64,000 bases of DNA from an uncultured delta proteobacterium (GCA_963755125.1 CAVWIP010000015.1:320001-384000), one strand, 5' to 3'. Numbered from the stretch's first letter, positions 46,024-57,471 are shown. Made by a program: numbers and translations. The notes: a model not told the origin generated them from the letters alone.

Positions 46024-46539
46024 TCAGCGGCGGATCGCGCTGGTCGCCCGGTCAGCGACGGCCCGCAGGATTGTCGCGGTCGTCTTCGCATCGCCCCGGT
46101 CGAACGACGCCATGGCCAGCAACTTGCCCAGCGCCAGATAGCCGTACGCGCTGTCATGGCCCGCGCTCACGCAGAGACTTCCCTTCGCGTGCTTGAGCGA
46201 CAGGTCTTGCACAGCCGCCTTGATGTCTTTGCACAGTGAGGTCAGGAAGCTCGCGGCAGCGTTTTCGGTCCTCAGTTGGTGCAGGGTCACTTCCACTGTC
46301 GCACCCGCGAACTGGAAGAAACGCTGGCTGGCGCTGGTCACTCCGGCTTCCACGTAGCGTTGATAGCCGCCGTCGTAGATCAGGGTCAGCTCCTCGCCAC
46401 CCCCGCAGTGGCGCGCGTCGCCCGCGGCCGTCAGTCCGGGCACCTCCGCCGCCGTGGGAAAGAACCGCAGCAAGGGATCGTTTGCAGCCAGGGCCAGGGC
46501 CGGCGCCAGGATGCAGGCCAGCGAAAGGTTTCGGATCAT
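46024..46539 (-). CDS. Exported hypothetical protein
   Basis: Signal peptide MIRNLSLACILAPALALA; IYDGGYQRY motif. Confidence 0.6.
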   Translation of the reverse strand: MIRNLSLACILAPALALAANDPLLRFFPTAAEVPGLTAAGDARHCGGGEELTLIYDGGYQRYVEAGVTSASQRFFQFAGATVEVTLHQLRTENAAASFLTSLCKDIKAAVQDLSLKHAKGSLCVSAGHDSAYGYLALGKLLAMASFDRGDAKTTATILRAVADRATSAIRR

Positions 46540-46611
46540 CAGGGAAAGCCTAGCACCACATGATTCGCCGAACGTGACAGGGGCCGGCCGGCAGGATAGA
46601 TAGCTTCCAAG

Positions 46612-47664
46612 ATGAGCGACGCAGTTCTGAAAATCGGCATGCCGGCGGGCTCGCTGGCGGACCCCAACCGGGGCGGCAATCTCATCAAGCTGCTCGAGCA
46701 AGCGGGTTTCAAGATCGCCGGCTACGACACGGGTGGCCCCAGCCGGTTCACCACGGTCAACTACCTCTACGGCTGGGACGGCCGGCCGCAGGAATTCGCC
46801 ACCCAGCTTGCCATCGGCGAGCTGGACGTGGCCATCGCGGGCGACGACTGGATCCGCGAGCGCGTGCTCGAGTTGCGCTACGAGTACGGAAGAGAAGTCG
46901 AACTCCGTCGGGTTCTATCGCTCAAGCGCGGGAGCGTGCGCCTGGTGGGGATCATCCGGCCCGACAAGGAATACGACGGCGTGCGCGGCTTCTTGATCGA
47001 GCTGGCCGGGCGCAAGTCTCTCATCACCGCGGTGGCGGAGATGCCCTATCTGGCGCTCGACTGGATCCAGGGACGGCTGAAAGAGGCGGGTCTGCTCGAT
47101 CGTTTCGCGCGCTTCTCGGTGCAGAAGTACAGCACGCCACCCAAGATCGACAGCGGCGTGCTCATCTTTGAAACCTGGGGCAAGACCGAGGCCAAGGTGC
47201 GCAACGGCGGGGCCGATGTGGGCCTGGAGATCACCCAGAGTGGCAGCGCCATCAAGAACTACGGCTTGCGCATCATCGACGAGGTGATGGATTCGGGAAC
47301 CTCGATCTGGGCCAATCCGCGCATCCGCGAGCAGCCGGAGAAGTACGAGCTGCTGCGCATGTTCCTGCTCAATCTGTACGGCGCAACCAACGCCGAGAAC
47401 AAGGTCTTGTTGCTCTTCAACGTGGCGGTGTCACGCGCGCCCGCGGTGGAGAAGTATCTGGCGGACAACAATCTCTACGCCGATGAGCCCAGCCGCATCA
47501 GTGGCAAGGGTTACACCGAGTACAGCATCGAGGTGGACACGGCCAGCGCCAAGCTGCCGCTGGCCCGCGTGCGCTTCCAACTGGCCGAACTGGGCGCGCG
47601 TGGCATCGACACCGTGCCGCTCACCTCGTCGATCCCGGACGCGGGCGTCATCGAAGGCTGGTAG
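46612..47664 (+). CDS. hisG: ATP phosphoribosyltransferase (long, divergent form)
   Basis: LKIGMPAGSL, RPQEF..ELDVAIAGDDWIRE, WGKTEAK..EITQSGSAIKNYGLRII, C-terminal regulatory-like domain. Confidence 0.8.
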   Translation: MSDAVLKIGMPAGSLADPNRGGNLIKLLEQAGFKIAGYDTGGPSRFTTVNYLYGWDGRPQEFATQLAIGELDVAIAGDDWIRERVLELRYEYGREVELRRVLSLKRGSVRLVGIIRPDKEYDGVRGFLIELAGRKSLITAVAEMPYLALDWIQGRLKEAGLLDRFARFSVQKYSTPPKIDSGVLIFETWGKTEAKVRNGGADVGLEITQSGSAIKNYGLRIIDEVMDSGTSIWANPRIREQPEKYELLRMFLLNLYGATNAENKVLLLFNVAVSRAPAVEKYLADNNLYADEPSRISGKGYTEYSIEVDTASAKLPLARVRFQLAELGARGIDTVPLTSSIPDAGVIEGW

Positions 47665-47676
47665 GGGGCCGAGCGG

Positions 47677-49602
47677 CTATTCTGTCCGCACGACCCCGTT
47701 GGCTGGCCGCTCGTCCCAAAAGGCGGGAGGGCCATCCATGATGAGGCGCTCGGCTTCCTCCGCTGGGATGGGACGCGAAAAGAAGTAGCCCTGGGCGTGC
47801 CTGCAGTTGAGCGCGCGCAGCGATTCGATCTGCTGCGGGGTCTCGACCCCCTCGGCGGTCACGTCCATGCCCAGGTTGTGGGCCAGCCCGACGATGGCGC
47901 GCACGATCTCGGATTGCTGGGCTCCGCTGTGCATACGGCAGACGAACGACCGGTCGACTTTCAGGGTCTGTACCGGGAATGACTGCAGGTAGGCCAGCGA
48001 AGAATAGCCCGTGCCGAAGTCGTCCACGTCCAGGTGCACGTCCATCTTGTGCAATTCCTGCAGCACCGCTGCGCCCGCCTGCGGACTCTGCATGAGGGCG
48101 CTCTCGGTTATCTCCAGGGTCAAGCTGCTCGGGCGCAACCCGGTCTCCTCAAGCACGCGGCGCACCTGTCCAGGCAGATCGGCGTCGACAAGTTGGCGCG
48201 TGGACAGATTCACCGCGATGCCGAGCGGCGGCTCACAGCGACACTTGTCGTGCCAGTACGCCATCTGGCGACAGGCCTCGCGCAGCACCCACATTCCGAG
48301 CGGACGGATGAGCCCGGATTCCTCGGCCGTGGGGATGAAAACATCAGGCATCAGCAGGCCGCGGCCCGGGTGGCGCCAGCGCGCCAGCGCCTCGAAGCCG
48401 GCCAGTCGCCCCGCCTGCAGGTCCACGATGGGCTGATAGTGGACGACCCATTCCTGGCGTTCGATGGCCCGGCGCAGATCGGTTTCGAGCTGCAACTGAT
48501 CGACCGCGCGCCGGTGCATTTCTGGGTCGAAGACTTCGTGCCGGGCGCGGCCAGCGGCCTTGGCGCGGTAGAGCGCGGTGTAGGCGTCGCGAAGCATGTC
48601 ATCCTGGCGCGCGTAACCCGAACTGGACAGTGCGATGCCGATGCTCACCGAGGTGAAGACCTCGGTACCCACCACGGTCAAGGGCAGAGCCATGGCGTTC
48701 TGGATGCGCTCAGCGACGCGGACCGCGTCGCTCTCGCTGCGCAGATCGTCGAGTAGAACCGTGAACTGATCGCCCACCACCCGCGCCAGCACGTCGCCCG
48801 GACGCAGGCAGGCTTCGATGCGTCGGGCGGTTCGCACCAGCAGTTCGTCGCCCGCCCCGTGCCCGAGACTCTCGTTGATGCACTTGAAGCGATCGAGATC
48901 CAGCCACGCCACCGCAAACAGCGGGCTCGACGTGCCCAGGTGCCGGGTTCGAGTGACCAGACGCTCGACGCGCTTGTCGAACATGGCGCGATTGGGAAGC
49001 TGGGTCAGCGGATCGTAGAACCCTTTCTGTTCCAGCTCGGCATCGAAGCGCTTTCTTTCTGTGATGTCACGCGAGATGCCGAAACTTCCGACGATCGCGC
49101 CGGACGAGTCGCGCAGAGGAATCTTGGTGGTGCACAGCCAGCGCTCGCTGCGGCCAGGCAGGTGCCACTTCTCCTCCACGTCAACCAAAGTACGCCCGCG
49201 CCGCACGATCTCCTCGTCGTCCCGGCAGCGGTGCTCGGCCTCGTCCCGGCACAAGAAATCCATCTCGCTACGACCGATGGCCCGCGCCGGGTCGGAAAGT
49301 CCCAGGTGAGTGGCCATCGCACGGTTGACCCGGGTGAAGCGGCCCTGGCGATCCTTGAAGTATATGTCCTCCGCCATGGAGTCCATCACCGCCTCGATCT
49401 GGAAGAGAGAACTGCGCAGCCAGCAAAGCTCCTGCTTCTGCGCCCGGCTGAGCGCCTCGGTGACGGGCGGAGGCGTTCGTTGAGTTCGCCCTGGTCTGGG
49501 AGTGTTTGCCTCGCGCCTCGAAGGCGGGACAGGGGTCGCGCGTCTCTCCGAGCCCGGTTGGGTTTGAGCACGCTTTGCTCTGGTTGATGCGAGCCTGGTC
49601 AT
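47677..49602 (-). CDS. PAS-GGDEF(degenerate)-EAL c-di-GMP phosphodiesterase
   Basis: PAS (IYFKDRQGRF), YDPLTQLPNR, VGDQF, FEALARW, LEITES, DDFGTGYSS; start uncertain. Confidence 0.88.
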   Translation of the reverse strand: MTRLASTRAKRAQTQPGSERRATPVPPSRREANTPRPGRTQRTPPPVTEALSRAQKQELCWLRSSLFQIEAVMDSMAEDIYFKDRQGRFTRVNRAMATHLGLSDPARAIGRSEMDFLCRDEAEHRCRDDEEIVRRGRTLVDVEEKWHLPGRSERWLCTTKIPLRDSSGAIVGSFGISRDITERKRFDAELEQKGFYDPLTQLPNRAMFDKRVERLVTRTRHLGTSSPLFAVAWLDLDRFKCINESLGHGAGDELLVRTARRIEACLRPGDVLARVVGDQFTVLLDDLRSESDAVRVAERIQNAMALPLTVVGTEVFTSVSIGIALSSSGYARQDDMLRDAYTALYRAKAAGRARHEVFDPEMHRRAVDQLQLETDLRRAIERQEWVVHYQPIVDLQAGRLAGFEALARWRHPGRGLLMPDVFIPTAEESGLIRPLGMWVLREACRQMAYWHDKCRCEPPLGIAVNLSTRQLVDADLPGQVRRVLEETGLRPSSLTLEITESALMQSPQAGAAVLQELHKMDVHLDVDDFGTGYSSLAYLQSFPVQTLKVDRSFVCRMHSGAQQSEIVRAIVGLAHNLGMDVTAEGVETPQQIESLRALNCRHAQGYFFSRPIPAEEAERLIMDGPPAFWDERPANGVVRTE

Positions 49603-49791
49603 GCGGACGTGCGATCGTGCGAGCGACACCACGGCGCCAATCCTGCTGCTGTCCCTTGCTCGAACTGACCGCGGGGCGATTATAAGCTCCTTCACCAAAT
49701 TTCGCGCGGGCAAACGAAAGATCTTCTGTGGCACATTTCGGCAAATAGGGGATGTTTCCCCGCCATGTGAGTGGAGGTATCATCCGAAACC

Positions 49792-50928
49792 GTGAAACGC
49801 ACACTCATCAAGGGCTGGTTGTCGGTTTTGGCCGTAGCGACGGTGCTGGCGCTCACGTTCAGCGCGACGGCTGCGCCGAACGGCCAGGCCAAGCCGCTCA
49901 GGGTGGTAGGCCGGGTTACCGCCGGTGAGGCCACTATCCACGATGCCTTTGCCCTGGACCAGGGGGGCGGCAAGCTGGGCTACATCGTCTTCACCGGCAA
50001 GGGCGCGGTGCAACTGCACGTGGGACCGCCTGGCGGCAAGACCCGGGTGACGGATCTGGCGAACTTCTCGGGCGCTCCCGAGAAGATCCTGACCCTGGCA
50101 GGATACTGGTTCGTGGTGTCCAACGAAGGGTCGCGGCGGGCCGCCATCGTCGATCCCGCGGGGCGAATCAGGCGCCAGACCGGCTCGTTCGACGACTGCG
50201 AGCTGTCACGCGCGCCCAGCGCCCTTGTGACCTACAGTCAGACGCGGCAGCCAAACGGCGACCGCACGACCATCCAGACCTATCGGCCCGATGGCAGCAC
50301 GATCGCCGTCCGCTCGCTGCTGGTGACTCCGGGTGGGACCATGGAAGGCGACAGCGCTGCCACCTTCCTTGGTTTCAGCAAGAGCCATCTGCAAGCCATG
50401 GTGCAAAAGCCGGGCGCCTACAACCGTCGCAGCGACGCGCGCGAGCCGCCGCAGTTCGCCCTGTACGACGTGATGACCGGAAAGACCGGCCCGGGAAAGA
50501 TGCCGCCCAAGCTCGACACTTTTCTCGACTACATCCGCAAGCGGGCCGAGAAACCCGATCTGGATGCCGTCATCGTGTTGGCCGCCGGACAGGCCGGGTT
50601 CGAGCTGGTGGGGCCAGGCGAGAAAGTGCGGCCGCTCAACCTGGCGACCAAGCCGTACGATGTGCTGTCGTTGCAGCAGGTTCAGGTGGGTAGCCGGGTG
50701 GTGTTTTCACTGGTGGCCGACCGTCCGGAAAAGGGCAACATGGAAGAGGCCGGGCGATTCGCGCAGGCGTTCTTCAGCCTCGAACCAGCGAGCGGCAAGG
50801 TGACTGCGTTGGGCGAGATTTCCCTGCCCGACAAGCATCCCTGCCCGTGGTCCGCCGGTGGAAACAAGATTGCGGTGCTGCGCAAGGCAGCCGACGGGGG
50901 CCATGAAATCGCGATCTACTCACGCTAG
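49792..50928 (+). CDS. Exported hypothetical protein (beta-rich)
   Basis: Signal peptide VKRTLIKGWLSVLAVATVLALTFSATA. Confidence 0.65.
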   Translation: MKRTLIKGWLSVLAVATVLALTFSATAAPNGQAKPLRVVGRVTAGEATIHDAFALDQGGGKLGYIVFTGKGAVQLHVGPPGGKTRVTDLANFSGAPEKILTLAGYWFVVSNEGSRRAAIVDPAGRIRRQTGSFDDCELSRAPSALVTYSQTRQPNGDRTTIQTYRPDGSTIAVRSLLVTPGGTMEGDSAATFLGFSKSHLQAMVQKPGAYNRRSDAREPPQFALYDVMTGKTGPGKMPPKLDTFLDYIRKRAEKPDLDAVIVLAAGQAGFELVGPGEKVRPLNLATKPYDVLSLQQVQVGSRVVFSLVADRPEKGNMEEAGRFAQAFFSLEPASGKVTALGEISLPDKHPCPWSAGGNKIAVLRKAADGGHEIAIYSR

Positions 50929-50934
50929 CAAATC

Positions 50935-52128
50935 TCAGATCGCTTCAGCGAGGAGCCGTGCTGCCTCCTTGGCCGAGCGCAACGAGCAATCTTCGATGGC
51001 CAGGCCGCCGAAGTAATTGCCAGTGATGTAGAGGCCGGTTCCAGGCAGGCGACGGTCGATCTCTTCCGCGATTGCTGCGTGTCCGAGAGACAACGACGGC
51101 AAGGACGTGGTGTGTGTGGCGACGCAAACGAGCTGGCCGCGGTCAAGGCCGGCGACCGCGCAGATGCGGTCGATGCGTCGGTCGAGCGGCATGCCCGCGC
51201 GGAAGTGGAAGGTGAAGGCGCGCAGATGGTCGTCGGGAACCACGTCGCGTGTGACGACCGAAAAGAACGTGTCGTCGACCGGCACGATGCCGGCCAAACG
51301 CGGCAGGCGCAGGTTGCGCGCCTCGGCCACCACGCCCACCGACTCGATATTCGCGACGGAAATGCGCGCCAAAGCCGTCGCGACCTCGGGCGCGAGGGAG
51401 GCGAGCAGGCTCGCCGCCTCGGGCGCAGGCACGGCCAGAGCCAGGCGGCGAGCGAGGATCCGATCCCCGTTGGCGATCTCGACGACGAAATGACCGTCTC
51501 TGCGGGTGAGGGCGTGTGCCGTTGCGCTGGTGCGCAGGGTGATGCCTGGCTGCGCTGCGATCCGGTCGGTCAGGGTCTGGATGCCGCCGGCAAAGGTGTA
51601 GCTGCGCGGGATGTCTTTGCGGCGCGGGCGCCTCTTGAACAGGATCTCCGCGGGAAAGTTGTCGGCCGATTGCGAGGGCACCGCAGCGAACAGGGGCGAA
51701 AACACGCGCTTCCAGTTCTCTCGGCCTACCAGCCGGCCATAGTAGTCGGCCACAGTGCGGCCCTGCTTGCGCTCGCTGAAAGCATGCCAGGCCGAGGTGA
51801 ACAGTTCAGGCAAGCTGAGTTGCGAGGGAATGCTGCGCAGCTTGCCCTCGACCTGCAGGCGCCAGGGCGCTTTTCGTCGCGTGAGTATGCGGTCACGCAG
51901 GCCAAGGTCGTCGATGATGGCGAGCAGCGAGCCGTAGGAGTTGTACAGCGTGTGCGCGCCCATCTCGAACCAGAAATCGGCGGGTTGCCGTTCGGTGCGA
52001 ACACATCCACCGGCCCGGGCTGCCGATTCGAGAACCAGCACCGCACGCCCCGCCCGCGCCACACGATGGGCAAGGCACAGCCCGCTGATGCCAGCCCCGA
52101 GAACCACGACATCGACGTTTTCACTCAC
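50935..52128 (-). CDS. HemY-like FAD-dependent oxidoreductase (protoporphyrinogen oxidase family)
   Basis: VLGAGISGL, RAGGCVRT, FEMGAHT, TGNYFGGLAIEDC. Confidence 0.75.
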   Translation of the reverse strand: MSENVDVVVLGAGISGLCLAHRVARAGRAVLVLESAARAGGCVRTERQPADFWFEMGAHTLYNSYGSLLAIIDDLGLRDRILTRRKAPWRLQVEGKLRSIPSQLSLPELFTSAWHAFSERKQGRTVADYYGRLVGRENWKRVFSPLFAAVPSQSADNFPAEILFKRRPRRKDIPRSYTFAGGIQTLTDRIAAQPGITLRTSATAHALTRRDGHFVVEIANGDRILARRLALAVPAPEAASLLASLAPEVATALARISVANIESVGVVAEARNLRLPRLAGIVPVDDTFFSVVTRDVVPDDHLRAFTFHFRAGMPLDRRIDRICAVAGLDRGQLVCVATHTTSLPSLSLGHAAIAEEIDRRLPGTGLYITGNYFGGLAIEDCSLRSAKEAARLLAEAI

Positions 52129-52244
52129 GGTGCCGAAGTTATGGCGCATGCGCGCCGGGGTTGTCCACAGCGTGCCGCGCTTGTGACGCCCGGCCCGGCG
52201 GTGCTAGCGTGCTAGCCATCGTCGGTTGACGACACCTGAAAGCC

Positions 52245-54494
52245 ATGAAGAGATTCCTGAGAATCGTCATGTGGACGCTGGTGTCCCTGCTGGGGACGGC
52301 GGCTTACGCCGTGGTGGCTAGCCGGCGTGGCGAGCCGCTCAACGCCGCGTGGATGGTGGTGGCCGCGCTTGGCACCTACGCCATCGGGGTCCGTTTCTAT
52401 TCCAAGTGGATAGCGGCTAAGGTGCTGATGCTCGATGATCGGCGCGCCACGCCCGCCGAGGTTCACGACGACGGCCGCGACTTCGTCCGCACCAACAAGT
52501 ACGTGCTCTTCGGCCATCACTTCGCCTCCATCAGCGGACCCGGGCCGCTGGTCGGGCCGGTGCTGGCGGCGCAGTTCGGCTACTTGCCCGGCACATTGTG
52601 GATTCTCATCGGCGTGCTTCTGGGAGGGGCGGTGCAGGACTTCGTCATCCTGTTCGGTTCGGTCCGGCGCGACGGCCGGTCGCTGGTCGAGATGGTGCGT
52701 GATGAGGTCAATGGCTTTGCCGGTACCATTGCCATGCTGGCCGTGCTGGGAATTCTCATCATCATCGTGGCCAGCCTGGGCCTGGTGGTGACCAACGCGC
52801 TGGCCGAGAGCCCATGGGGCGTGGTGACCACGGCCATGACCATCCCCTTTGCCATGATCATGGGGGTGTACGTGCGCTTCCTGCGCGTGGGTAAGGTGCT
52901 GGAGATGACTGTGATCGGGGCGCTGTTCTTGCTGGCATCGCTGCTGGGTGGCTTCTGGGTGAACCAGCACGCAACCTTCGCGCTGACCTTCACCTGGAGC
53001 AAGACCACCCTGGCTCTGTGCCTGATCGGCTATGGCCTTTCAGCCAGTGTGCTGCCGGTGTGGCTGTTGCTGGCTCCGCGCGACTACTTGGTGACCTTTC
53101 TCAAGATCGGCGTGGTGCTGCTGCTGGCCCTCGGTATCTTGCTGGTGCTGCCGCCCATCCAGATGCCCTGGCTGACCGATCCGGCGCGTTTTGCCGGCGG
53201 CATGCGGCCGGTGGTGTCGGGCAGCCTGTTCCCCTTCTGCTTCATCACCATCGCCTGCGGGTCGGTGAGTGGATTTCACGCCTTGGTCGCCAGCGGAACC
53301 ACGCCCAAGATGATCACGCGCGAGCGCCATGTGCGCAGCATCGGGTACGGCGCGATGTGCCTGGAGAGCTTCGTGGGCATCATGGCCATGATCGCGGCCT
53401 GCGTGTTCGATCCTGGGCTGTACTTCGCGGTCAACGCGCCGGCCGGGCTAGTGGGTAGCACGCCCGATGCGGTCGCGGCCGCAGTGTCGGCGTGGAATTT
53501 TCCGGTGACCGCGGCGCAGATCACGGATCTGGCCCGTGCCATTGGCGAGAAGTCCGTGCTGGCGCGCACCGGCGGCGCGCCAACTCTGGCCATCGGCATG
53601 GCGCACATTTTCGGCAAGCTCATCGGCGGCGCCACCGCGATGAAGCTCTGGTACCACTTCGCCATCATGTTCGAGGCGCTGTTCATCCTGACCACCCTGG
53701 ATGTGGCCACACGCATCGGACGCTTCTTGCTGCAGGAGTTGGGTGGCCGTTTCTGGAAGCCGTTCGGCGACACCAAGTCCTATCCGGCCAACATCACGGC
53801 CAGTGTGCTGTTTGCCGGGGCGTGGGGCTATTTCCTCTATGCGGGCGTGAAAGATCCCTTGGGAGGCGTGAACTCGCTGTGGCCGCTGTTTGGCATCGCC
53901 AACCAGTTGCTCGCCTGCGTGGCGCTGTGCCTGGCCACGACCATCGTTATCAAGATGGGCAAGGCTCGCCACGCGTGGGTGACGCTGCTGCCGCTGGCCT
54001 GGCTGGGTAGCGCGACGTTCGCGGCAGCCTTGCAGAAGATCTTCCATTCCAACCCACGTGTCGGGTTTGTGGCCATGGCCGAAAGACTTTCGGCCGACTT
54101 GGCGGCGGGCAGGGTGGCAGCCGGCAGGCGAGTGGCCACCGAGGCCCTGATCTTCAACAACTATCTCGATGCGGTGGCGGCCGGCATATTTCTAGCGCTG
54201 GTGATAGCCATCCTCGTGGTTTCGATTCGCGAGTGGGTTCTCATCCTGTCGGGCCGCAAGGCAGCGGTTTTGCACGAAACCGAGCCGGTGTGGCTGCCAC
54301 CGCCGGTCGCGCCGGCTGCGGCGCCGCGCCCCTGGTGGCGTCTGGGTACCGCGGTGGTGGTTCTTGGCACGCTGGCCAAGGAGCTGTCAGGAGAAGCGGC
54401 AGCAGCGCGGACTAAGCTGCCAGTGGACGAGGCGCTGACCGAGGTGCTGGCGCATCGATATGAGGGGCGCCAGGGCCCGACTCGGTGTTGTTAG
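52245..54494 (+). CDS. cstA: Carbon starvation protein A transporter with a fused YbdD-like tail
   Basis: [55 protein letters not shown]; ends [12 protein letters not shown]. Confidence 0.93.
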   Translation: MKRFLRIVMWTLVSLLGTAAYAVVASRRGEPLNAAWMVVAALGTYAIGVRFYSKWIAAKVLMLDDRRATPAEVHDDGRDFVRTNKYVLFGHHFASISGPGPLVGPVLAAQFGYLPGTLWILIGVLLGGAVQDFVILFGSVRRDGRSLVEMVRDEVNGFAGTIAMLAVLGILIIIVASLGLVVTNALAESPWGVVTTAMTIPFAMIMGVYVRFLRVGKVLEMTVIGALFLLASLLGGFWVNQHATFALTFTWSKTTLALCLIGYGLSASVLPVWLLLAPRDYLVTFLKIGVVLLLALGILLVLPPIQMPWLTDPARFAGGMRPVVSGSLFPFCFITIACGSVSGFHALVASGTTPKMITRERHVRSIGYGAMCLESFVGIMAMIAACVFDPGLYFAVNAPAGLVGSTPDAVAAAVSAWNFPVTAAQITDLARAIGEKSVLARTGGAPTLAIGMAHIFGKLIGGATAMKLWYHFAIMFEALFILTTLDVATRIGRFLLQELGGRFWKPFGDTKSYPANITASVLFAGAWGYFLYAGVKDPLGGVNSLWPLFGIANQLLACVALCLATTIVIKMGKARHAWVTLLPLAWLGSATFAAALQKIFHSNPRVGFVAMAERLSADLAAGRVAAGRRVATEALIFNNYLDAVAAGIFLALVIAILVVSIREWVLILSGRKAAVLHETEPVWLPPPVAPAAAPRPWWRLGTAVVVLGTLAKELSGEAAAARTKLPVDEALTEVLAHRYEGRQGPTRCC

Positions 54495-56365
54495 CTTTGC
54501 TTGCGCATCAACTGCGAGATATCGCGGACTGCCCCGCGGGCCGCGCTGGTGGTCATGAGCGCGTAGGCTTGCAAGGACTGCGACACGGTCCGATCCCGGT
54601 CGGGCTGGAAAGCCCTGTCGCCTTTGGCTTCCATGGTCCGACGCCGCTTGGCCAGAGTGGCCTCGTCGACCAGCAGATCGATCTGGCGATTGGGGATGTC
54701 GATGCGAATGCGGTCGCCCTCTTCGACCAGACCGATGGTTCCGCCCTCCGCCGCCTCGGGTGAGACATGGCCGATGCTGAGACCCGAGGTTCCGCCTGAG
54801 AAGCGGCCGTCGGTGAGCAGGGCGCAGGTCTTGCCCAGGCCCTTGCCTTTGAGAAATGACGTCGGGTACAGCATCTCCTGCATGCCGGGGCCGCCCCTGG
54901 GGCCCTCGTACACGATCACCACCACGTCACCGGGCTCGATCCGGTTGGCCAGAATGGCCTGGCACGCGATCTCCTGCGAGTGGAACACGCGCGCCGGGCC
55001 TTCGAAACGCAGGATGGACTGATCCACGCCCGCGGTCTTCACGATGCAGCCGTCCTTGGCCAGGTTGCCATAGAGGACGGCCAGGCCGCCGTCCTTGCTG
55101 TAGGCGTGGGCCGCATCGCGGATGCAGCCCTTTTCCACGTCGGTGTCCGCCGCCGCGAAGTACTTCTCCTGCGAGAATGCCGTCTGCGTCGGCACGCCGC
55201 CGGGCGCCGCCAGGGTGCGCTTGCGGGCCGTTTCGCTGGCCGTGTTGCGATGGATGTCGTTGTCGGTGATGGCCTGGCCCATGGTTGGCGCGTGTACGGT
55301 CCTGGCCTCGCGGTGGATGAGTCCGGCGCGGTCCAATTCGCCCAGAATCGTGAAGATGCCGCCCGCACGGTGCACATCCTCGAGGTGGTACTGCGATGAG
55401 GGCGCCACCTTGCAGATGTTGGGCACCTTGCGCGACAGACGATCGATGTCGGCCATGGTGAAGTTCACGCCCGCCTCTTGCGCGACGGCCAGGATGTGCA
55501 ACACGGTGTTGGTCGAGCCGCCCATGGCGATGTCGAGCGCCATGGCGTTCTCGAAAGCCTGCAAGGTCGCGATGCTGCGCGGGAGCACGTCGCGGTTGCC
55601 TTGCTGGTAGTGCTGCTTGGCCATCTCGACGATGCGGCGGCCCGCGGTTTCGAACAGATCCCAGCGCCGCGCGTGGGTGGCCAGCAGGGTGCCGTTTCCC
55701 GGCAGGGCCAGCCCCAGCGCCTCGGCCAGGCAGTTCATGCTGTTGGCGGTGAACATGCCCGAGCACGATCCGCAGGTGGGACAGGCCGAGCGCTCCAGCA
55801 GGGCCAACTCGGCGTCGCTGACCTTGTCGTCGCTGGCAGCGGTCATGGTGTCGATGAGATCCAGCTTGCGCACGGTCGGCTTGCCGTCCCCATCCTTCGG
55901 CCCGGCGACGGTGCCTGCCTCCATGGGCCCGCCCGAAACGAAGATGGTCGGGATGTTGGTGCGCACGGCTGCCATCATCATGCCCGGCGTGATCTTGTCG
56001 CAGTTGGTGATGCACACCATGGCGTCGGCGCAGTGGGAATTCACCATGTACTCCACACTGTCGGCGATAAGATCGCGGCTAGGCAACGAGTAGAGCATGC
56101 CGGTGTGGCCCATCGCGATGCCGTCGTCGATGGCGATGGTGTTGAACTCGGCGCCCCAGCCGCCGGCGGCATCGATGACTTTCTTCACGCGCTGGCCGAT
56201 GTCGTGCAGATGGACATGCCCGGGCACGAACTGGGTGAAGCTGTTGACGATGGCGATGATGGGCTTTTCGAAATCAGCCTCGGTCATGCCGTTGGCGCGC
56301 CAGAGGGCGCGCGCGCCTGCCATGTTGCGTCCGTGGGTGGTTGTGCGACTGCGATATCCTGCCAT
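54491..56365 (-). CDS. ilvD: Dihydroxy-acid dehydratase
   Basis: [52 protein letters not shown]. Confidence 0.97.
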   Translation of the reverse strand: MAGYRSRTTTHGRNMAGARALWRANGMTEADFEKPIIAIVNSFTQFVPGHVHLHDIGQRVKKVIDAAGGWGAEFNTIAIDDGIAMGHTGMLYSLPSRDLIADSVEYMVNSHCADAMVCITNCDKITPGMMMAAVRTNIPTIFVSGGPMEAGTVAGPKDGDGKPTVRKLDLIDTMTAASDDKVSDAELALLERSACPTCGSCSGMFTANSMNCLAEALGLALPGNGTLLATHARRWDLFETAGRRIVEMAKQHYQQGNRDVLPRSIATLQAFENAMALDIAMGGSTNTVLHILAVAQEAGVNFTMADIDRLSRKVPNICKVAPSSQYHLEDVHRAGGIFTILGELDRAGLIHREARTVHAPTMGQAITDNDIHRNTASETARKRTLAAPGGVPTQTAFSQEKYFAAADTDVEKGCIRDAAHAYSKDGGLAVLYGNLAKDGCIVKTAGVDQSILRFEGPARVFHSQEIACQAILANRIEPGDVVVIVYEGPRGGPGMQEMLYPTSFLKGKGLGKTCALLTDGRFSGGTSGLSIGHVSPEAAEGGTIGLVEEGDRIRIDIPNRQIDLLVDEATLAKRRRTMEAKGDRAFQPDRDRTVSQSLQAYALMTTSAARGAVRDISQLMRKQS

Positions 56366-56504
56366 GCCCCTAGCTATAGGATCTTCGGGCCGTGCCGTCC
56401 ACCCTTGCTGCTGCGCACTTGTCACGTGCCGGTATTGCCAAACCAATGAGTGGCGAATTCTTCGACAAGAGTGGGGAAGCGGCTATGTTCCCTGGCGGTG
56501 CCCC

Positions 56505-56852
56505 ATGCGTGAAATCGTCGCGGACCAGAATCTGATCGCCGCCTGCGGCCTGTACTGTGGCGCCTGCAGCAAGTACCTGCGCGGCCGTTGCCCAGGCTGT
56601 GCTGCCAACCAGAATGCCACGTGGTGTTCGGTCCGAAGTTGCTGCGGGCAGCGCGGCTACAAGAGCTGCGCGGATTGCACCGAGTTTTCCAACGTGAAGG
56701 ATTGCAAGAAGTACAACAACTGGATAGCGCGGGCCTTTGGGCTGATTTTTCGTTCCAACCGTGCGGCCTGCATTGCGCTCATCCGAGAGCAGGGCTATCC
56801 GGTTTTTGCCGCTGACATGGCGGCCAACCAGAGGCAGAGCCTCCCGCGCTAG
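56505..56852 (+). CDS. DUF3795-like Cys-rich protein
   Basis: IAACGLYCGAC..CPGC..CSVRSCC..SCADC. Confidence 0.8.
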   Translation: MREIVADQNLIAACGLYCGACSKYLRGRCPGCAANQNATWCSVRSCCGQRGYKSCADCTEFSNVKDCKKYNNWIARAFGLIFRSNRAACIALIREQGYPVFAADMAANQRQSLPR

Positions 56853-56870
56853 CCGGGCAGCCAGCGGCCC

Positions 56871-57446
56871 ATGGACAGATTCTTCGGCGTTTTCTCGGTC
56901 GTTCTTCTTCTGCTCGGCTGTGGCCACACCGGCCCGGAGGCGGCCCGGCCCGCGCCGTCCCCCGAAGAGGTGCTGGAGCGCGGAGGAGAACTGGCCGACG
57001 CCGACGCTGTGCGAGCCAAGGTGTCAGTTACGGCGGACAGAGTGTCGGTGTGGGGCATGACCGAGGTGCCGGACGGCTCGCGCATGCAGATGGCCCTTGC
57101 AGGCGTGGACGCCATCACGCGCTCCGAGCTGCTGAAGTCGATCGAGGTGCGCGTGTCTGGTGTGGTCACGTCGGTGGAGAGCACTGATCCCTCCAGGCGT
57201 TCCGTGGTGGTGGAGAGCGTCGAAGCCGTGAGCGGGGCACTCAGCGAAACCGGGCCGCTGCCGCACGGCTGGGCGCGGGTACGGCGTGGCGACAAGGTCG
57301 TGCTTCGCCTGTGGGCGCGGCTCGACGTGGCGCGGACAGTTCTAGAGAGCGCCATTCGTGCGGCCGTGGCGAGGGCAGGGCAGGGGGATGCTTCTGCTAT
57401 CATCGGCGGCCTGGCCACGCCCCCGATGGAAGCGCTCGGGAGGTAG
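56871..57446 (+). CDS. Hypothetical lipoprotein
   Basis: Lipobox LLLGC. Confidence 0.65.
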   Translation: MDRFFGVFSVVLLLLGCGHTGPEAARPAPSPEEVLERGGELADADAVRAKVSVTADRVSVWGMTEVPDGSRMQMALAGVDAITRSELLKSIEVRVSGVVTSVESTDPSRRSVVVESVEAVSGALSETGPLPHGWARVRRGDKVVLRLWARLDVARTVLESAIRAAVARAGQGDASAIIGGLATPPMEALGR

Positions 57447-57471
57447 CAGGACAGACTTCTTCGCGCAAATC

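Noticed and set aside
49700..49765. c-di-GMP riboswitch or sigma-54 site upstream of the EAL gene
   Set aside because: GGCAAAC..GAAA lacks the paired stems and downstream motif, and TGGCAC..GC has 9-nt rather than 10-nt spacing
54483..54494. Selenocysteine in the RCC tail (also checked for the AMMECR1 RGCIG motif)
   Set aside because: The codons are Cys codons (TGT TGT then TAG; TGC in RGCIG), with no in-frame TGA
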